A DNA stretch of 64,000 nt, from assembly GCA_037445065.1 (NCBI GenBank), contig JBBILD010000014.1, forward strand, positions 1 to 64,000, written 5' to 3'. The position numbers were made by a program, and so were the translations under genes. This DNA is from Myxococcales bacterium. Its GTDB lineage: Bacteria; Desulfobacterota; Binatia; HRBIN30. Positions 20,373 through 30,518 of the stretch are shown here, one piece after another; position 1 is the stretch's first letter; the number at the start of each line of letters is the position of its first letter. Below the pieces are notes generated by a model, which was given only the letters and a program-made list of their open reading frames with translations, made no database searches and was not told where the DNA came from.

Positions 20373-20930
20373 TCAGCGACGCAAAAACGAGCGCTCGAAT
20401 AACCTGGCGAGCGCTTGCTTCCCCGTCTCATCGAGGAAACGCGTGCCGGTGCCACAAAAGTGGGTGTGTCCGATCACCGGCTCGGCCTTCTTCCACTCGT
20501 CCTGCTGCCAGTGAAACCAACGGGCTTGTGGCTGGTCGAAGACGAAAAGCGGCTTGTTGCAAAGCTTGGCGAATTCGGCGCCCCACCCCGTGCCGCCCTT
20601 GACGGTACCATCAGGAAGAATCGTTCCCACTACGAAGATTTCCTGTGCGCTGTTCACCTGATACCAGATCGTTTGCAGTACCCGCTTGAAGTATTCCGTT
20701 TCTGGGTAACGGCGGTTCATGAGCTTGGAGACGTAGGCGAGGCTTACATCTCCCTTTTGCAGCTCTTCATGGGTGAGAACTCGCAGGCCACGCAAACGTT
20801 CGACGGGGTGGCCTTCGAAGGTGAACGTGACTTCTTCGATGCCGTATTGTTCCGCCAAAGCCCCGAAGTAAGCTTCGGTGCCCTTTAGGCCGCCGCTGAA
20901 AAGAACGCACTGCTTGGGATCCAGCTTCAT
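20373..20930 (-). CDS. Hypothetical protein, probably SLOG superfamily
   Basis: LFSGGLKGTEAYFG...VKGGTGWGAEFAKLCNKPLFVFD resembles the SGG and GGT..A...KP motifs of SLOG Rossmannoid proteins. Confidence 0.7.
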   Translation of the reverse strand: MKLDPKQCVLFSGGLKGTEAYFGALAEQYGIEEVTFTFEGHPVERLRGLRVLTHEELQKGDVSLAYVSKLMNRRYPETEYFKRVLQTIWYQVNSAQEIFVVGTILPDGTVKGGTGWGAEFAKLCNKPLFVFDQPQARWFHWQQDEWKKAEPVIGHTHFCGTGTRFLDETGKQALARLFERSFLRR

Positions 20931-21106
20931 CCTTTGTGCCTCCTGATTGCCCCGGCAGCGAGGTCCTCGCCGGGCGGCTTGAAAGCGAAACCTCGTTGCC
21001 ATTGCAAGCCAGTAGCGTCGGATGTTGTTAAAGCGGGGAAGCGAGAGGGATTTTTGTGCGCGACGAAGCGCGGCAGGAACCCAAGTGCAAAGGCTGGCGG
21101 AGTGCG

Positions 21107-22531
21107 GTGGATTCGCTGCTCGGCTCGCGCTGGGTCTGGGGATCGCCCTTGTTCGCGCTGGCAGTCGCCGCGCTGTCGTATGTGCGCGCTAGCGACCCGA
21201 CGACCAACGATTTCGAACGGTTCGCAGACCTCAGGCTCACATTTGCGTTTTTTGGCGTCTTCCTTCTGTGGGTCGGATGGTACGCGAGGCTCGTCTTTTA
21301 CGCTCCTTGCCGGGCCATCGGCACAGCGCGTGAGTTCTGGTGCGTGTTTGTGGGTACCGGGATTCCGCTACTGGTTTCGTTTCCTGTTGGTTCGCGGGAC
21401 GTCTTCGCGTACGCCTTTTACGGTCGGATGTGGGCCGAATACGGCCTCGAGCCGGCCGTAACCCCCCCTGTGGAACTGCAGCACGACGCCTGGTTCCCCC
21501 TGCTGCAGGCGTGGTGGAAAGAAGGAGCGGCCGGGTACGGCCCTTTGTTTCTGCTGCAAACGCGGGTCATTGGCTTGCTCAGCGACGATTCGTGGTGGCT
21601 TGCAGTGGTACTCTTCAAGCTGACGAACTTCCTTTTACTCTCTTTCGCGTTAGCGCTTGAGCTGAAGCGGGACGGAGGTCGCAGCCGGGGATACGAAGCT
21701 GAGTTCCACAAGGGCGGAGCACCCACGCGAATGGAAGCTGTCTTGCTCGCGTTGAATCCGCTGCTGCTGTTCGAAAGCTTGAGTTCGGCTCACAACGATT
21801 GCGCAATGGCCATTGTACTTCTGGCTGCGCTACGGCAATGGCAGCGGCATCGGCCGGCGTGCGCCGCGGTGCTGTGGGGGTGCTCGTTCTGGTACAAGTG
21901 GTACAGTTTAGCGGTTCTTCCTGTTTGGCTGTTTTGGTGGTGGCGTCGCCGTGGTGCGGCAAAGTTTTTCCTGGAACTAGGCAGGAGTGTTCTCGTTTTC
22001 TTGCTCCTTTCCGTTGTGTTGCTTCTCCCCTTCGGGTCTGCTGCGTGGGAGGTCCTGCGAAAGCCGATCGCAATCGAAGTCGGAATTCGCCTCATGCCAA
22101 CAGAGTTTCCGCCGACGTTGTGGATCCTCTTTGCGTTTTTCTTGGCGAGTGGTGTCTTGCCGGTACAACTTGGACGGGTTCTGTTCGATGTGACCCGCTA
22201 TGCGGTGCTCTTGGTGGGGCTGGCGGTGTTGCTTTGGCGGCGCCGTGCGACGCCAAAGCAGGCCGAGCTGTGCGAGCGAGACCTGTACATTAGTTTACTG
22301 CTCTTCTTTTCCTTCGTTGTTACGGTGCTATGGCCTTGGCACCTGCTCGCTCCCTTGCTGATGGCCCTGGTGATCAGGCAGCCTGGGGAGCGTGCGCTTG
22401 CTGTGGTTTTGACTGCTCTCGGGATGCTGAGTTACTTCCTCACGTTCTCTGTAGCGACGCTGGCGTTGGGGTTGACTGCCATGGTCTGGTGGCTGGGTGA
22501 GCGCCGTAGGAGTCAACGAGCGGCTGCCTGA
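21107..22531 (+). CDS. GT-C polyprenyl-phosphate-sugar glycosyltransferase (MptA/MptB-like)
   Basis: Multi-TM protein with SRDVFAYAFYGRM, YGPLF and NPLLLFE...AHND; start 21056 or 21107. Confidence 0.75.
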   Translation: MDSLLGSRWVWGSPLFALAVAALSYVRASDPTTNDFERFADLRLTFAFFGVFLLWVGWYARLVFYAPCRAIGTAREFWCVFVGTGIPLLVSFPVGSRDVFAYAFYGRMWAEYGLEPAVTPPVELQHDAWFPLLQAWWKEGAAGYGPLFLLQTRVIGLLSDDSWWLAVVLFKLTNFLLLSFALALELKRDGGRSRGYEAEFHKGGAPTRMEAVLLALNPLLLFESLSSAHNDCAMAIVLLAALRQWQRHRPACAAVLWGCSFWYKWYSLAVLPVWLFWWWRRRGAAKFFLELGRSVLVFLLLSVVLLLPFGSAAWEVLRKPIAIEVGIRLMPTEFPPTLWILFAFFLASGVLPVQLGRVLFDVTRYAVLLVGLAVLLWRRRATPKQAELCERDLYISLLLFFSFVVTVLWPWHLLAPLLMALVIRQPGERALAVVLTALGMLSYFLTFSVATLALGLTAMVWWLGERRRSQRAAA

Positions 22532-22578
22532 TGAGTAGAGTCGTTTCTTCACCAAGCAGGTCTTGTTAGGAAGGTGCC

Positions 22579-25170
22579 GTGACTTCGCAGGCTTGGCGTA
22601 AGGCAGCCCGCACTGTCTCCCTGGTCCTGTTGTCGCTCTCTGTTTCATTCGGTGCGTGCGGTGGGGATGGGGAGCAGCCGTTACCGGCGGAGCCTCCGCT
22701 GCCCCCCGGTGCGGTCGCGATCGGCGGTGAGCATCGTCTCGTCTTGAATCAGGAGTCGGGAACGATCGTGCTCGAGCGGCGAGGGGTGCCCCTGGTTTCC
22801 TTGCCGCTACAAGGCTGGCAACTGGGCTGCGTGTCCGTTGTGGAGGAACAATACAACTACGACCCTTTCCCGTTGTACCGCCCAAACGGTGTCTATCAGC
22901 CGCCAGCAGGGTTGCATTGGGTGACTCCGCGGGCATTTTCGATCCGTGATCGCACTGCAAATGCATTGTTGCTGGAGCTTGAATACCCACAAGGTGAGCG
23001 AGCTTCGCTGGTGATTCGTCTTGCCGCCATGGGGCGGTTCGAAGCGCATTGGCGGCCGGTGGGCGACTCAATCGCTTACTTTCGTTTGCGGATTCCGGTC
23101 AGCGAAGCAGAGGCATTTTACGGGCTGGGCGAGTACTACGACGACGTGAACCATCGCGGCAAGCTGCGTGCGATGCAGATCGAACTCGATCCGGAGATTG
23201 AGAGCCGGTACAACGAAGCCCACGTCCCGATCCCTCTACTGCTCAGCACTGCTGGTTGGGGTGTGTTTGTGGAGTCGGATTTTCCAGCGGTGTTCGATGT
23301 CGCCCATACAGACCCCGCGGTGGTGGAAACCACGTGGGGGACGGGGGTGGCGAGTCGCGAGGGCTTGCGCGTGCACTGGTTGTTGGCTGAGCATGCGCTG
23401 GATTTGACGCGCCACTATTATGAAATCACTGGGGCTTTCCGCTTGCCGCCGCCGTGGGTGTACGGGCCGCTGGTGTGGCGAAACGAGAACCGGGATCAAG
23501 AGCAACTTGAGGCTGACCTGCGCGCCATGCGGCGCTTGGATTTGGCTGCCTCTGGAGTGTGGATTGACCGGCCATATGCGACTGCCGTGAACTCTTTCGA
23601 CTTCGATCCTGAAAAATTCCCGGAACCGGAGCGGATGTTCCGGTTGGCAAAAGCTCTCGGGTACCGGATGGCATTGTGGCACAGTCCGTACCTTGACCGG
23701 TCGCATCCGGCCACTGCTGCTTTGCGCGCGGAGGCCCGCGCAGAGAACTTCTTTCCTCCGAGGTTTGGCCTTCTTTTGAACGATTGGGGTGAACCGATCG
23801 ACTTCACGAACCCGGAGGCAGTGCGCTGGTGGCAGCGCCTCTTGCAGTCCTACGTGCAACTGGGCGTGCATGGTTTCAAGCTCGATTACGGTGAGGACGT
23901 TGTCACCGGCGTCTCCGCGCGTCGGAATCGCTGGCAGTTTTTCGATGGCTCTGACGACCGGACCATGCACTCGCGCTACCAGTGGTTCTACCACAGTGCG
24001 TACGCCGGCGTGCTTCCGGCAGAGGGAGGTTTGTTGCTGGTGCGGCACGCAGTATTCGGAGACCAGCGACACGGCGTGGTTGTGTGGCCGGGAGATTTGG
24101 ACGCGAACTTCGCTCGTCACCGGGAACGGGTCGAGACCGATGGTTCAGCGTATGTCGCGGTCGGCGGCTTACCCGCTGCGCTCGTGGCAGGTCTAAATCT
24201 GGGCTCCTCAGGTTTCCCGCTGTATGGCTCCGATACGGGCGGTTACCGCCACGGTCCCCCGGACAAGGAGTTATTTACTCGCTGGTTTCAACAAACTGCT
24301 CTATCCACGGTCATGCAAATTGGCACCGGCACTAGTGAGGTGGCTTGGGAGCCGACTCCGGCGAACGGCTTCGATGCGGAAATGCTGGACTGGTACCGCG
24401 ATTATACGCGGCTCCATTTGCGCCTGTTTCCCTACATTTGGACTTACCTGCACGCACTCACTTCCAACGGTCGCCCGGTGTTGCGTCCGTTTGGCTTGGC
24501 CTATCCAGAGTTGGGGGCTCACCCGTGGGATCAGTACTTCGTAGGCGACGATTTGTTGGTGGCGCCGGTGGTCGAGCGAGGGGCACGGGAGCGCGACGTT
24601 CTTGTTCCACCCGGGCGCTGGCTCGACTGGTGGGACGGAACCGCATACGTGGGACCCGCAACGCAGCGTGTTCCTGCCCCGCTTCCCCGGTTGCCTTTGT
24701 TCGTGCGCGAAGGCGCTGTGATCCCTTTGTTACGGCCTACGATTGACACGTTGAGTCCGGCTGAGGACAGCGCTGCTGTTGACTCCCTCGCTGGTAACCC
24801 GGGAGTTCTTTACTCCCGCATCGTGCCAGGTACATCGAGCGGGTTTGCTTTGTTTGATGGGACGTATCTGGCACAATCTACCACGACGGGGACAAATGGC
24901 CAGTTAACGATCGAGCTGGAATATCGCCCCGGGGCCTGGTTCCGGTCGGGAGCCATGTTCGAGATCTTTGGATTTTCGCGGGACGCTCACATTGTGGCGG
25001 CGCATGGAAAGGCGCCCTTGCCCGCCTTTTCCTCAACCGCAGCGTTAGAGGCCGCGGCGCGCGGATTCACCAACTGCCAGGGCATGTGGATCAAGCTCGC
25101 GCCCAGCGACAGTAAGCTGAGAGTTGAAATCGAGCTTTCTGCCTCCTCAGGGGAAGGGGCTTCTCGGTAG
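22579..25170 (+). CDS. Glycoside hydrolase family 31 lipoprotein
   Basis: Lipobox SFGAC; FYGLGE, WIDRPY, GFKLDYGE (nucleophile), WPGDL (acid/base), GSDTGGY and QYFVGDDLLVAPV. Confidence 0.9.
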   Translation: MTSQAWRKAARTVSLVLLSLSVSFGACGGDGEQPLPAEPPLPPGAVAIGGEHRLVLNQESGTIVLERRGVPLVSLPLQGWQLGCVSVVEEQYNYDPFPLYRPNGVYQPPAGLHWVTPRAFSIRDRTANALLLELEYPQGERASLVIRLAAMGRFEAHWRPVGDSIAYFRLRIPVSEAEAFYGLGEYYDDVNHRGKLRAMQIELDPEIESRYNEAHVPIPLLLSTAGWGVFVESDFPAVFDVAHTDPAVVETTWGTGVASREGLRVHWLLAEHALDLTRHYYEITGAFRLPPPWVYGPLVWRNENRDQEQLEADLRAMRRLDLAASGVWIDRPYATAVNSFDFDPEKFPEPERMFRLAKALGYRMALWHSPYLDRSHPATAALRAEARAENFFPPRFGLLLNDWGEPIDFTNPEAVRWWQRLLQSYVQLGVHGFKLDYGEDVVTGVSARRNRWQFFDGSDDRTMHSRYQWFYHSAYAGVLPAEGGLLLVRHAVFGDQRHGVVVWPGDLDANFARHRERVETDGSAYVAVGGLPAALVAGLNLGSSGFPLYGSDTGGYRHGPPDKELFTRWFQQTALSTVMQIGTGTSEVAWEPTPANGFDAEMLDWYRDYTRLHLRLFPYIWTYLHALTSNGRPVLRPFGLAYPELGAHPWDQYFVGDDLLVAPVVERGARERDVLVPPGRWLDWWDGTAYVGPATQRVPAPLPRLPLFVREGAVIPLLRPTIDTLSPAEDSAAVDSLAGNPGVLYSRIVPGTSSGFALFDGTYLAQSTTTGTNGQLTIELEYRPGAWFRSGAMFEIFGFSRDAHIVAAHGKAPLPAFSSTAALEAAARGFTNCQGMWIKLAPSDSKLRVEIELSASSGEGASR

Positions 25171-25277
25171 CCAGGCCAATCGGAAGATGCCCACCCAGGG
25201 GATTCGCGGCAAGGCCGAGAGCGGGCAAGGGAAGCGGGGAGTGAGGGAGGGCTGCCAGGCGCAGCAACAATACCGCG

Positions 25278-25595
25278 CTACTTGTTAGACTGTGGAGGTG
25301 CGGGCGCGGCCGCCGCATCCCCGACCGTTACCTGTGTCCGTAAGGTGGCGAGTAGCTTGTCTCCGATGCCACTCACGTTTTTCAGTTCGTCGACTGTCCG
25401 GAACGGGCCATGCTTTTCCCGATGCTCGATGATCGCGCGCGCTTTCGCCTCGCCGATCCCCTTGATGGCCATCAGTTCAGCCATGCTGGCGGTGTTGACA
25501 TTGACCGGTGGTCGTTCTGCTGCCCAAACAGCGACCCCGGAAAGCAGCAAAGTACTTAGTAGGAAAACCCGAAGCCAACGTCCGTAGTGTTTCAT
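25278..25595 (-). CDS. comEA: ComEA-family helix-hairpin-helix DNA-binding protein
   Basis: Signal peptide followed by VNVNTASMAELMAIKGIGEAKARAIIEHREKHGPFRTVDELKNVSGIG. Confidence 0.92.
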   Translation of the reverse strand: MKHYGRWLRVFLLSTLLLSGVAVWAAERPPVNVNTASMAELMAIKGIGEAKARAIIEHREKHGPFRTVDELKNVSGIGDKLLATLRTQVTVGDAAAAPAPPQSNK

Positions 25596-25660
25596 ACTGT
25601 TGTGACCTCCTTGCTCGGAAAACTAGCCAGCTCGCACCTGGCAGCCCTACTCCTTGATAA

Positions 25661-25689
25661 AAAATAATGCGAAAGTTAGGCTTTGTCAA
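25661..25689 (-). promoter_or_regulatory. Sigma70-type promoter of comEA
   Basis: Minus strand TTGACA-N17-TATTTT in an AT-rich patch upstream of a GGAGG RBS. Confidence 0.6.
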
Positions 25690-25707
25690 TCTGTTGTAAA
25701 GCCTACA

Positions 25708-26679
25708 TTACCAGGCGTAGGCTTCGGGTGCAGGTCCTCCCGGACCGGGCCAGATTCGGTCGAGTTCATGGAGAGTTTCAGAATCCAGACGCAGAGCAAG
25801 TGCTTGCAGAGATTCCGTGAGTTGCTCCATTGTGCGCGGGCCAATGATCGGCGAGGTGACGCCCGGTTGGTGGAGAAGCCAGGCGAGTCCGACCACACTC
25901 GGGCTTTGGCCGAGTTCCCGACACAGTGCTTCGTACGCCTCGAGCTGCGTTCGATACTTCTCCACCGCGCTTCGGATTCGCTCCTGCGCCCGTCGTCCGG
26001 ACGCCTCTTTGCCCAGCACCCCTCCGAGCAGCCCGCCGGCCAGTGGACTCCAGGGCAGAACCGCAATGCCTAGAGCCTGGCAGGCTGGCAGCACTTCCAG
26101 CTCGATGGTCCGCTGCGTTAAATTGTAAAGACTTTGCTCGCTGACCAAGCCGAGTAAATTCCGCTGGTTTGCCACCGCGTTGCACTGGACAATGTGCCAG
26201 GCGGCAAAATTGCTGCTGCCTACGTATAAGATTTTCCCGGCGCGGAGAAGCGTCTCCATTGCCTCCCATACTTCCTCCCACGGGGCTTCGCGGTCCACGT
26301 GGTGCATCTGATACAAATCAATGTAGTCGGTTTGCAGCCGACGCAGGCTCCCCTCGCACGCGCGGACAATGTGGCGAGCCGACAAGCCACGATCGTTCGG
26401 CCCCTCCCCCATGCGTCCAAAAACCTTGGTGGCGAGAATCACCCGTTCCCGCCGCCCCCCTCCTTGTGCGAACCAGCGGCCGACGATTTGCTCTGTCACA
26501 CCTTCTCCGGTTTTCCACCCGTAGACATTGGCCGTATCGAAGAATTGGATGCCCGCGTCGAGAGCGCGATCCATCATTGCGAAGCTATCCGCTTCGCTGG
26601 TGAGCGGTCCAAAGTTCATTGTTCCCAGACAAAGACGGCTGACCTTGAGCGCGGTGCGCCCGAGTCGAACATACTCCAT
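25708..26679 (-). CDS. Aldo/keto reductase
   Basis: LCLGTMNFG, FDTANVYG, ILATKVFG, IDLYQMHH and PWSPLAGGLL; GGAGGAG RBS. Confidence 0.93.
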   Translation of the reverse strand: MEYVRLGRTALKVSRLCLGTMNFGPLTSEADSFAMMDRALDAGIQFFDTANVYGWKTGEGVTEQIVGRWFAQGGGRRERVILATKVFGRMGEGPNDRGLSARHIVRACEGSLRRLQTDYIDLYQMHHVDREAPWEEVWEAMETLLRAGKILYVGSSNFAAWHIVQCNAVANQRNLLGLVSEQSLYNLTQRTIELEVLPACQALGIAVLPWSPLAGGLLGGVLGKEASGRRAQERIRSAVEKYRTQLEAYEALCRELGQSPSVVGLAWLLHQPGVTSPIIGPRTMEQLTESLQALALRLDSETLHELDRIWPGPGGPAPEAYAW

Positions 26680-26842
26680 ACGTTTCTCCTCCTTGTTTGC
26701 GTGGAATGACATCGTCTCTTTTATCCCCACTTGCGACTTCGTGCGAACGATCGGGATACCGACGTCCGGAAGCCAGGAGGAGAACGAGTCCCTGGGTGGA
26801 TCTGCGAAAGCGTTTCAGAGCTGCGCGCCATGTCCGAATTGC

Positions 26843-26867
26843 GCAACTTTTCGCTCGATGCCACGTT
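26843..26867 (+). promoter_or_regulatory. Candidate ECF-sigma promoter
   Basis: GCAAC-N16-CGTT just upstream of ATG 26880, matching the generic AAC/CGT ECF pattern. Confidence 0.3.
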
Positions 26868-26879
26868 TTTACCGATGCC

Positions 26880-28961
26880 ATGAACGCCGGGAGAAGTCGT
26901 TTCACGCAGGTCGTCGCATTATCTGTTGCCATGTGCGCTTTGGCCTCACTGGTCGCTGCCAGCGACCCGCCCACATACACCCCGGTCAGAGTGCGAATGG
27001 CAGAAGGGCAAGTCTCGTTCTGGAGACCAGCGATTGGCGACTGGCAGGATGCGGTGGCGAATCTGCCCCTTGCTGCGGGAGACGTGCTTGCCACCGGATC
27101 TCATAGCCGTGCGGAACTGCAGCTTTCTGCTCGGAGTTTCCTGCGCCTAGGAGCGGATTCTGAACTGCTGGTCGAAGAGCAAGGCGAATCCATCCTGCGC
27201 TTGCGCTTGCACCATGGGACGATCGCGCTCGACATACGCGATACGCGCCTTGCGCGGACGGTGGAAATTACCTCCCAGTCCGTCGTAGGGGAAATCCGGC
27301 AAGGCGGATTCTACCGCATTGACGCGAAGGAGGACGGAACGCGGTGGATTGCCCGCCGGGGCGGCCGGATCGAGTTGGCAATCGGGGCGGAAACGCGTTC
27401 TCTGGGGCCCGACATGCAGCTTGTTGCGGCCAGCGACAGTCGTCTTCCTGTAGTGAGCGCGGCTCCGCCCCTTGGGGAATGGGATGGGTGGAATCTCGAA
27501 CGAACCGACGAGTTGCTGGCCTCCCGAGCGCGGGCGCCGGTGTGGAGTGACGACCTTTATGGGCTTGCGGAACTCGGCGCCTACGGCGAGTGGCGCACCG
27601 TACCGACCTACGGGTGGGTTTGGATTCCCCGCGTTCCTCGCGGCTGGGTCCCGTACAGCACCGGCCGTTGGGTTTGGGATCCGTTTTATGGTTGGACATG
27701 GGTAGACTTGGCCCCTTGGGGGTGGGCACCATTTCACTACGGCCGCTGGGTGGTCGTTTCCTCTACCTGGGCATGGGTGCCCGGGCCCGTACTTGTGCGC
27801 CCGCTTTACGCGCCTGCATTGGTGGTATTCTTCTCAGGTTCGGGGTTTCACTTCCGCTTAGGCTGGGGTGCCGCCGCGGTCACATGGGTGCCGCTGGGCT
27901 GGGGGGAGCCGTGCTACCCATGGTGGGGTCCCACCTGGTTCATTGGGAAGCCTTGGTGGGGAGGTTGGCACGGGCCAAGACGCCCCGGCCCGTGGTTCGA
28001 TCATCCCGGGAAGGACAGAGATCCGGGTTGGACCAACGCCTTCGAGCACGCTCGCAACCGTCGAGCGCTGGTGGCGGTGGCAAGAGAGCGTTTCGGTCGC
28101 GAACCGGTCGAGCGCGCGCGATTGCAAGAGGTGAGGCTCGAGCGGCCTTTTGGCGCCGGGGAGCTACCCCGACGTCCCGCTCCTCAAAGCGACTCGCGCG
28201 AGCGCCATCTGGCACCCCCAGGCGCGCCGGCCTTGCCTCGCCCCGCGCGCGAGAGAGACCCGAGGTTCACGAAGACCGACCAAGCGAGGCCACGACGTCC
28301 CTCTGTTGCGTTCCCTCGACAAGAGGGGCCGGATGCGACGCCCCCTGCGAGCAGTAGCGATGAGAACCGCGCAGAGCGCCGCTCAGCCGAGCGTTGGCTA
28401 CGTGATGGTGATGCGGTTCGCTTGCGGTCCGCACAAAACGTCGAGCTGCAAACGAGGAGCGGGCGCGACGCACCCCATAGGCCTGGCAGTTCGTGGGGGC
28501 CGTTTGCTCCCCGGGTGCGCGAGGCAAGTCCGGCGCCGACGCGTCCATTGGTTCGCCCTTTTGGGCGAGAAGAGTCATTAGTTGAGGACTCCTCGAGGGG
28601 AGGCGCTAGGGAACGTCCTCGCCCGCGGGGGAACCTCGGAGACGGGGGCCCGGTGTTCGAGCAGCCGCGAAACCTCATGGCTGCGCCCTCGCAGCCAGCT
28701 CCTTCTTTTCGGGTGCCGCGCCGTCCAGAAACGGCTCTGCCAGGGAGCTTCGGCAGCGCGCCGGTGTGGTCAGGCGGAAATCGCTTGCGCGACGATGTCG
28801 GGCGAGAATTTCCGCGGGATCGTGCGTGGGGAGGTACCGCGACCTTCGAGTCAAAACCGCGCAGGTTGGGTGGCTCGCGGTTCGGTGATTCCACCGAGGC
28901 TGGTGACAGCCGCGATCGGCGCACGCTCGGCGCTGGGCCGCGAAGGCCTTCTCATCGCTGA
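26880..28961 (+). CDS. Exported FecR-like plus DUF6600-type Trp/Pro-rich protein with a disordered tail
   Basis: Signal peptide; GDVLATGSHSRAELQ FecR-like region; LGAYGEWRTVPTYGWVWIP...GWVPYSTGRWVW...PWGWAPFHYGRW; Arg/Pro/Gly-rich tail. Confidence 0.82.
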   Translation: MNAGRSRFTQVVALSVAMCALASLVAASDPPTYTPVRVRMAEGQVSFWRPAIGDWQDAVANLPLAAGDVLATGSHSRAELQLSARSFLRLGADSELLVEEQGESILRLRLHHGTIALDIRDTRLARTVEITSQSVVGEIRQGGFYRIDAKEDGTRWIARRGGRIELAIGAETRSLGPDMQLVAASDSRLPVVSAAPPLGEWDGWNLERTDELLASRARAPVWSDDLYGLAELGAYGEWRTVPTYGWVWIPRVPRGWVPYSTGRWVWDPFYGWTWVDLAPWGWAPFHYGRWVVVSSTWAWVPGPVLVRPLYAPALVVFFSGSGFHFRLGWGAAAVTWVPLGWGEPCYPWWGPTWFIGKPWWGGWHGPRRPGPWFDHPGKDRDPGWTNAFEHARNRRALVAVARERFGREPVERARLQEVRLERPFGAGELPRRPAPQSDSRERHLAPPGAPALPRPARERDPRFTKTDQARPRRPSVAFPRQEGPDATPPASSSDENRAERRSAERWLRDGDAVRLRSAQNVELQTRSGRDAPHRPGSSWGPFAPRVREASPAPTRPLVRPFGREESLVEDSSRGGARERPRPRGNLGDGGPVFEQPRNLMAAPSQPAPSFRVPRRPETALPGSFGSAPVWSGGNRLRDDVGREFPRDRAWGGTATFESKPRRLGGSRFGDSTEAGDSRDRRTLGAGPRRPSHR

Positions 28962-28981
28962 TGGCGACGGATCGACGGGGG

Positions 28982-29713
28982 TCAAGGCTGTGTGAGTTCC
29001 TCAGCGAGCAGAGAGAGAAAACGCTGGATCCGCGCAGCATTGGCCCCAAGGTCGCCGCGTCCGTCCCGCGACTTCGAGCGCATATGGATCGCCGTTTGAC
29101 CCTGGGGAGTCGTGCGGATCTCCACAACGAAGTCGTCACGGAAGCGAAATACGCGCGTTGTGGCTACACCTTCGAAGGCAAGCCGGTCGCGGTCCACTCG
29201 CGTTACCTCCCAGGTAGGCATTGCACGTGCTAGCGCCTTCTCGAATGCGACAGTCGGTTGTGCGTTGGTCAAGAGCGGCCGAACCTGTGGGTAGGCGCGA
29301 GATTGTTCCTGTGCAAACGCCTCTCCGGGGTAAGACAGATCCCTCCCCCGATTCGCGGCCAACGTTCCGGCGTGAACAAACCGCGGAGGGTCGGCAAAAT
29401 CCGTAGTGATATCGTTGATTCGCGGGTAGCCCCGGCTTTGCACGAGAGCGAATGCGATCAATGCTGCGACTGGGGTCCCGATGAACAAGGCGGGCCAGTC
29501 GAAACGACCCCGCCGCAATGCCCCCACGAGCAAGGTGGCGGCAAATGCCAACAAGCACAGCAGTAGCCCCAGCCCGAAGAGTGCAAACCCCCGCAGCGGG
29601 GGCAGCCACTCGAGGTGCGCGAGCGTTGGCCCCGAGGCAAGCAGCCCGGTACCCGCGGCGAGAAGCATGCGGCAAGTGCGGCACGAGTTTGCGGAAACCA
29701 TCATTTCTGACAC
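28982..29713 (-). CDS. DUF1499 family membrane protein
   Basis: TM helices, then PRINDITTD..DPPRF and FRFRDDFVV...HMRSKSRDGRGDLGANAARI. Confidence 0.88.
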   Translation of the reverse strand: MSEMMVSANSCRTCRMLLAAGTGLLASGPTLAHLEWLPPLRGFALFGLGLLLCLLAFAATLLVGALRRGRFDWPALFIGTPVAALIAFALVQSRGYPRINDITTDFADPPRFVHAGTLAANRGRDLSYPGEAFAQEQSRAYPQVRPLLTNAQPTVAFEKALARAMPTWEVTRVDRDRLAFEGVATTRVFRFRDDFVVEIRTTPQGQTAIHMRSKSRDGRGDLGANAARIQRFLSLLAEELTQP

Positions 29714-30038
29714 GAATTAGGCTCATACGTACAAGACGGGCCAGGGTCAAACTCTGCCATCCGGAGTTTTGGGACGCTTGGTCGCGCTTCGCGCGGTAAA
29801 GCTGCGGGCGACGCTAGTTTTGTTCGCTTTGTCAGCACCGGCTTCCGGGGATGGAGCTTAGATCGTGAGCCGAGTGTCACCTGTTCTCGGACCGGCTCGG
29901 CCAGCAAAAAAGTTCCATTGCTTGGCTTGTTGCCCAGGGTTAAGGATGAAATCACTGCCACTGATCCCAGGTGCGGGGTGGTGGAATCCGGAGGCGGGAA
30001 AAGAAGGCACAGGAACCTTCGCTCGGTGGCCGGAACCG

Positions 30039-30518
30039 ATGAACCGACAACACAAGCACCAGGTGGAAAAAGCAGCGGTTGCAGCGCGCCTTCGGCGCAT
30101 GGGTTTTGATGTTCAAGAAGTGCCCCGCAACGGCAAGTACGATCTGCTGGTGGACGGGCATGTGCGAGTGGCGTTGCGTGTGGCCTTTCCTGGCAGATAC
30201 GCGCACACGGTGACGGTGAACGGACGGCGATACGCGTACGACTACAAAAGTTGGAACTTTAACTTCCACCGTCACGGGCGCTGGGACAAACGGTACTGCG
30301 ACATTTTCGTTTGCATTGCCAAGCATCGCCGTGCGGAGGACGAGGTGTTTATCATCCCCGCCGAGGAAATTTCTGGTCCTACCTTTAGTCTGCACGGGGC
30401 GAGCAAGCCGTATCGGGGCCGGTATGCGCAATACCGAAACCGGTGGAGCTTGTTTTCCTCCTTCCCGCGTCGCGGGGAAGACTCCGGATCGAACCCGCAG
30501 GTCGCCGAAGTCGCCTGA
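30039..30518 (+). CDS. Small PD-(D/E)XK-fold protein with a degenerate active site
   Basis: E..VAARLRRMGFDV...YDLLVDG.VRVALR...CDIFVCI...VFIIPAEEI...YAQYRNRW pattern. Confidence 0.6.
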   Translation: MNRQHKHQVEKAAVAARLRRMGFDVQEVPRNGKYDLLVDGHVRVALRVAFPGRYAHTVTVNGRRYAYDYKSWNFNFHRHGRWDKRYCDIFVCIAKHRRAEDEVFIIPAEEISGPTFSLHGASKPYRGRYAQYRNRWSLFSSFPRRGEDSGSNPQVAEVA

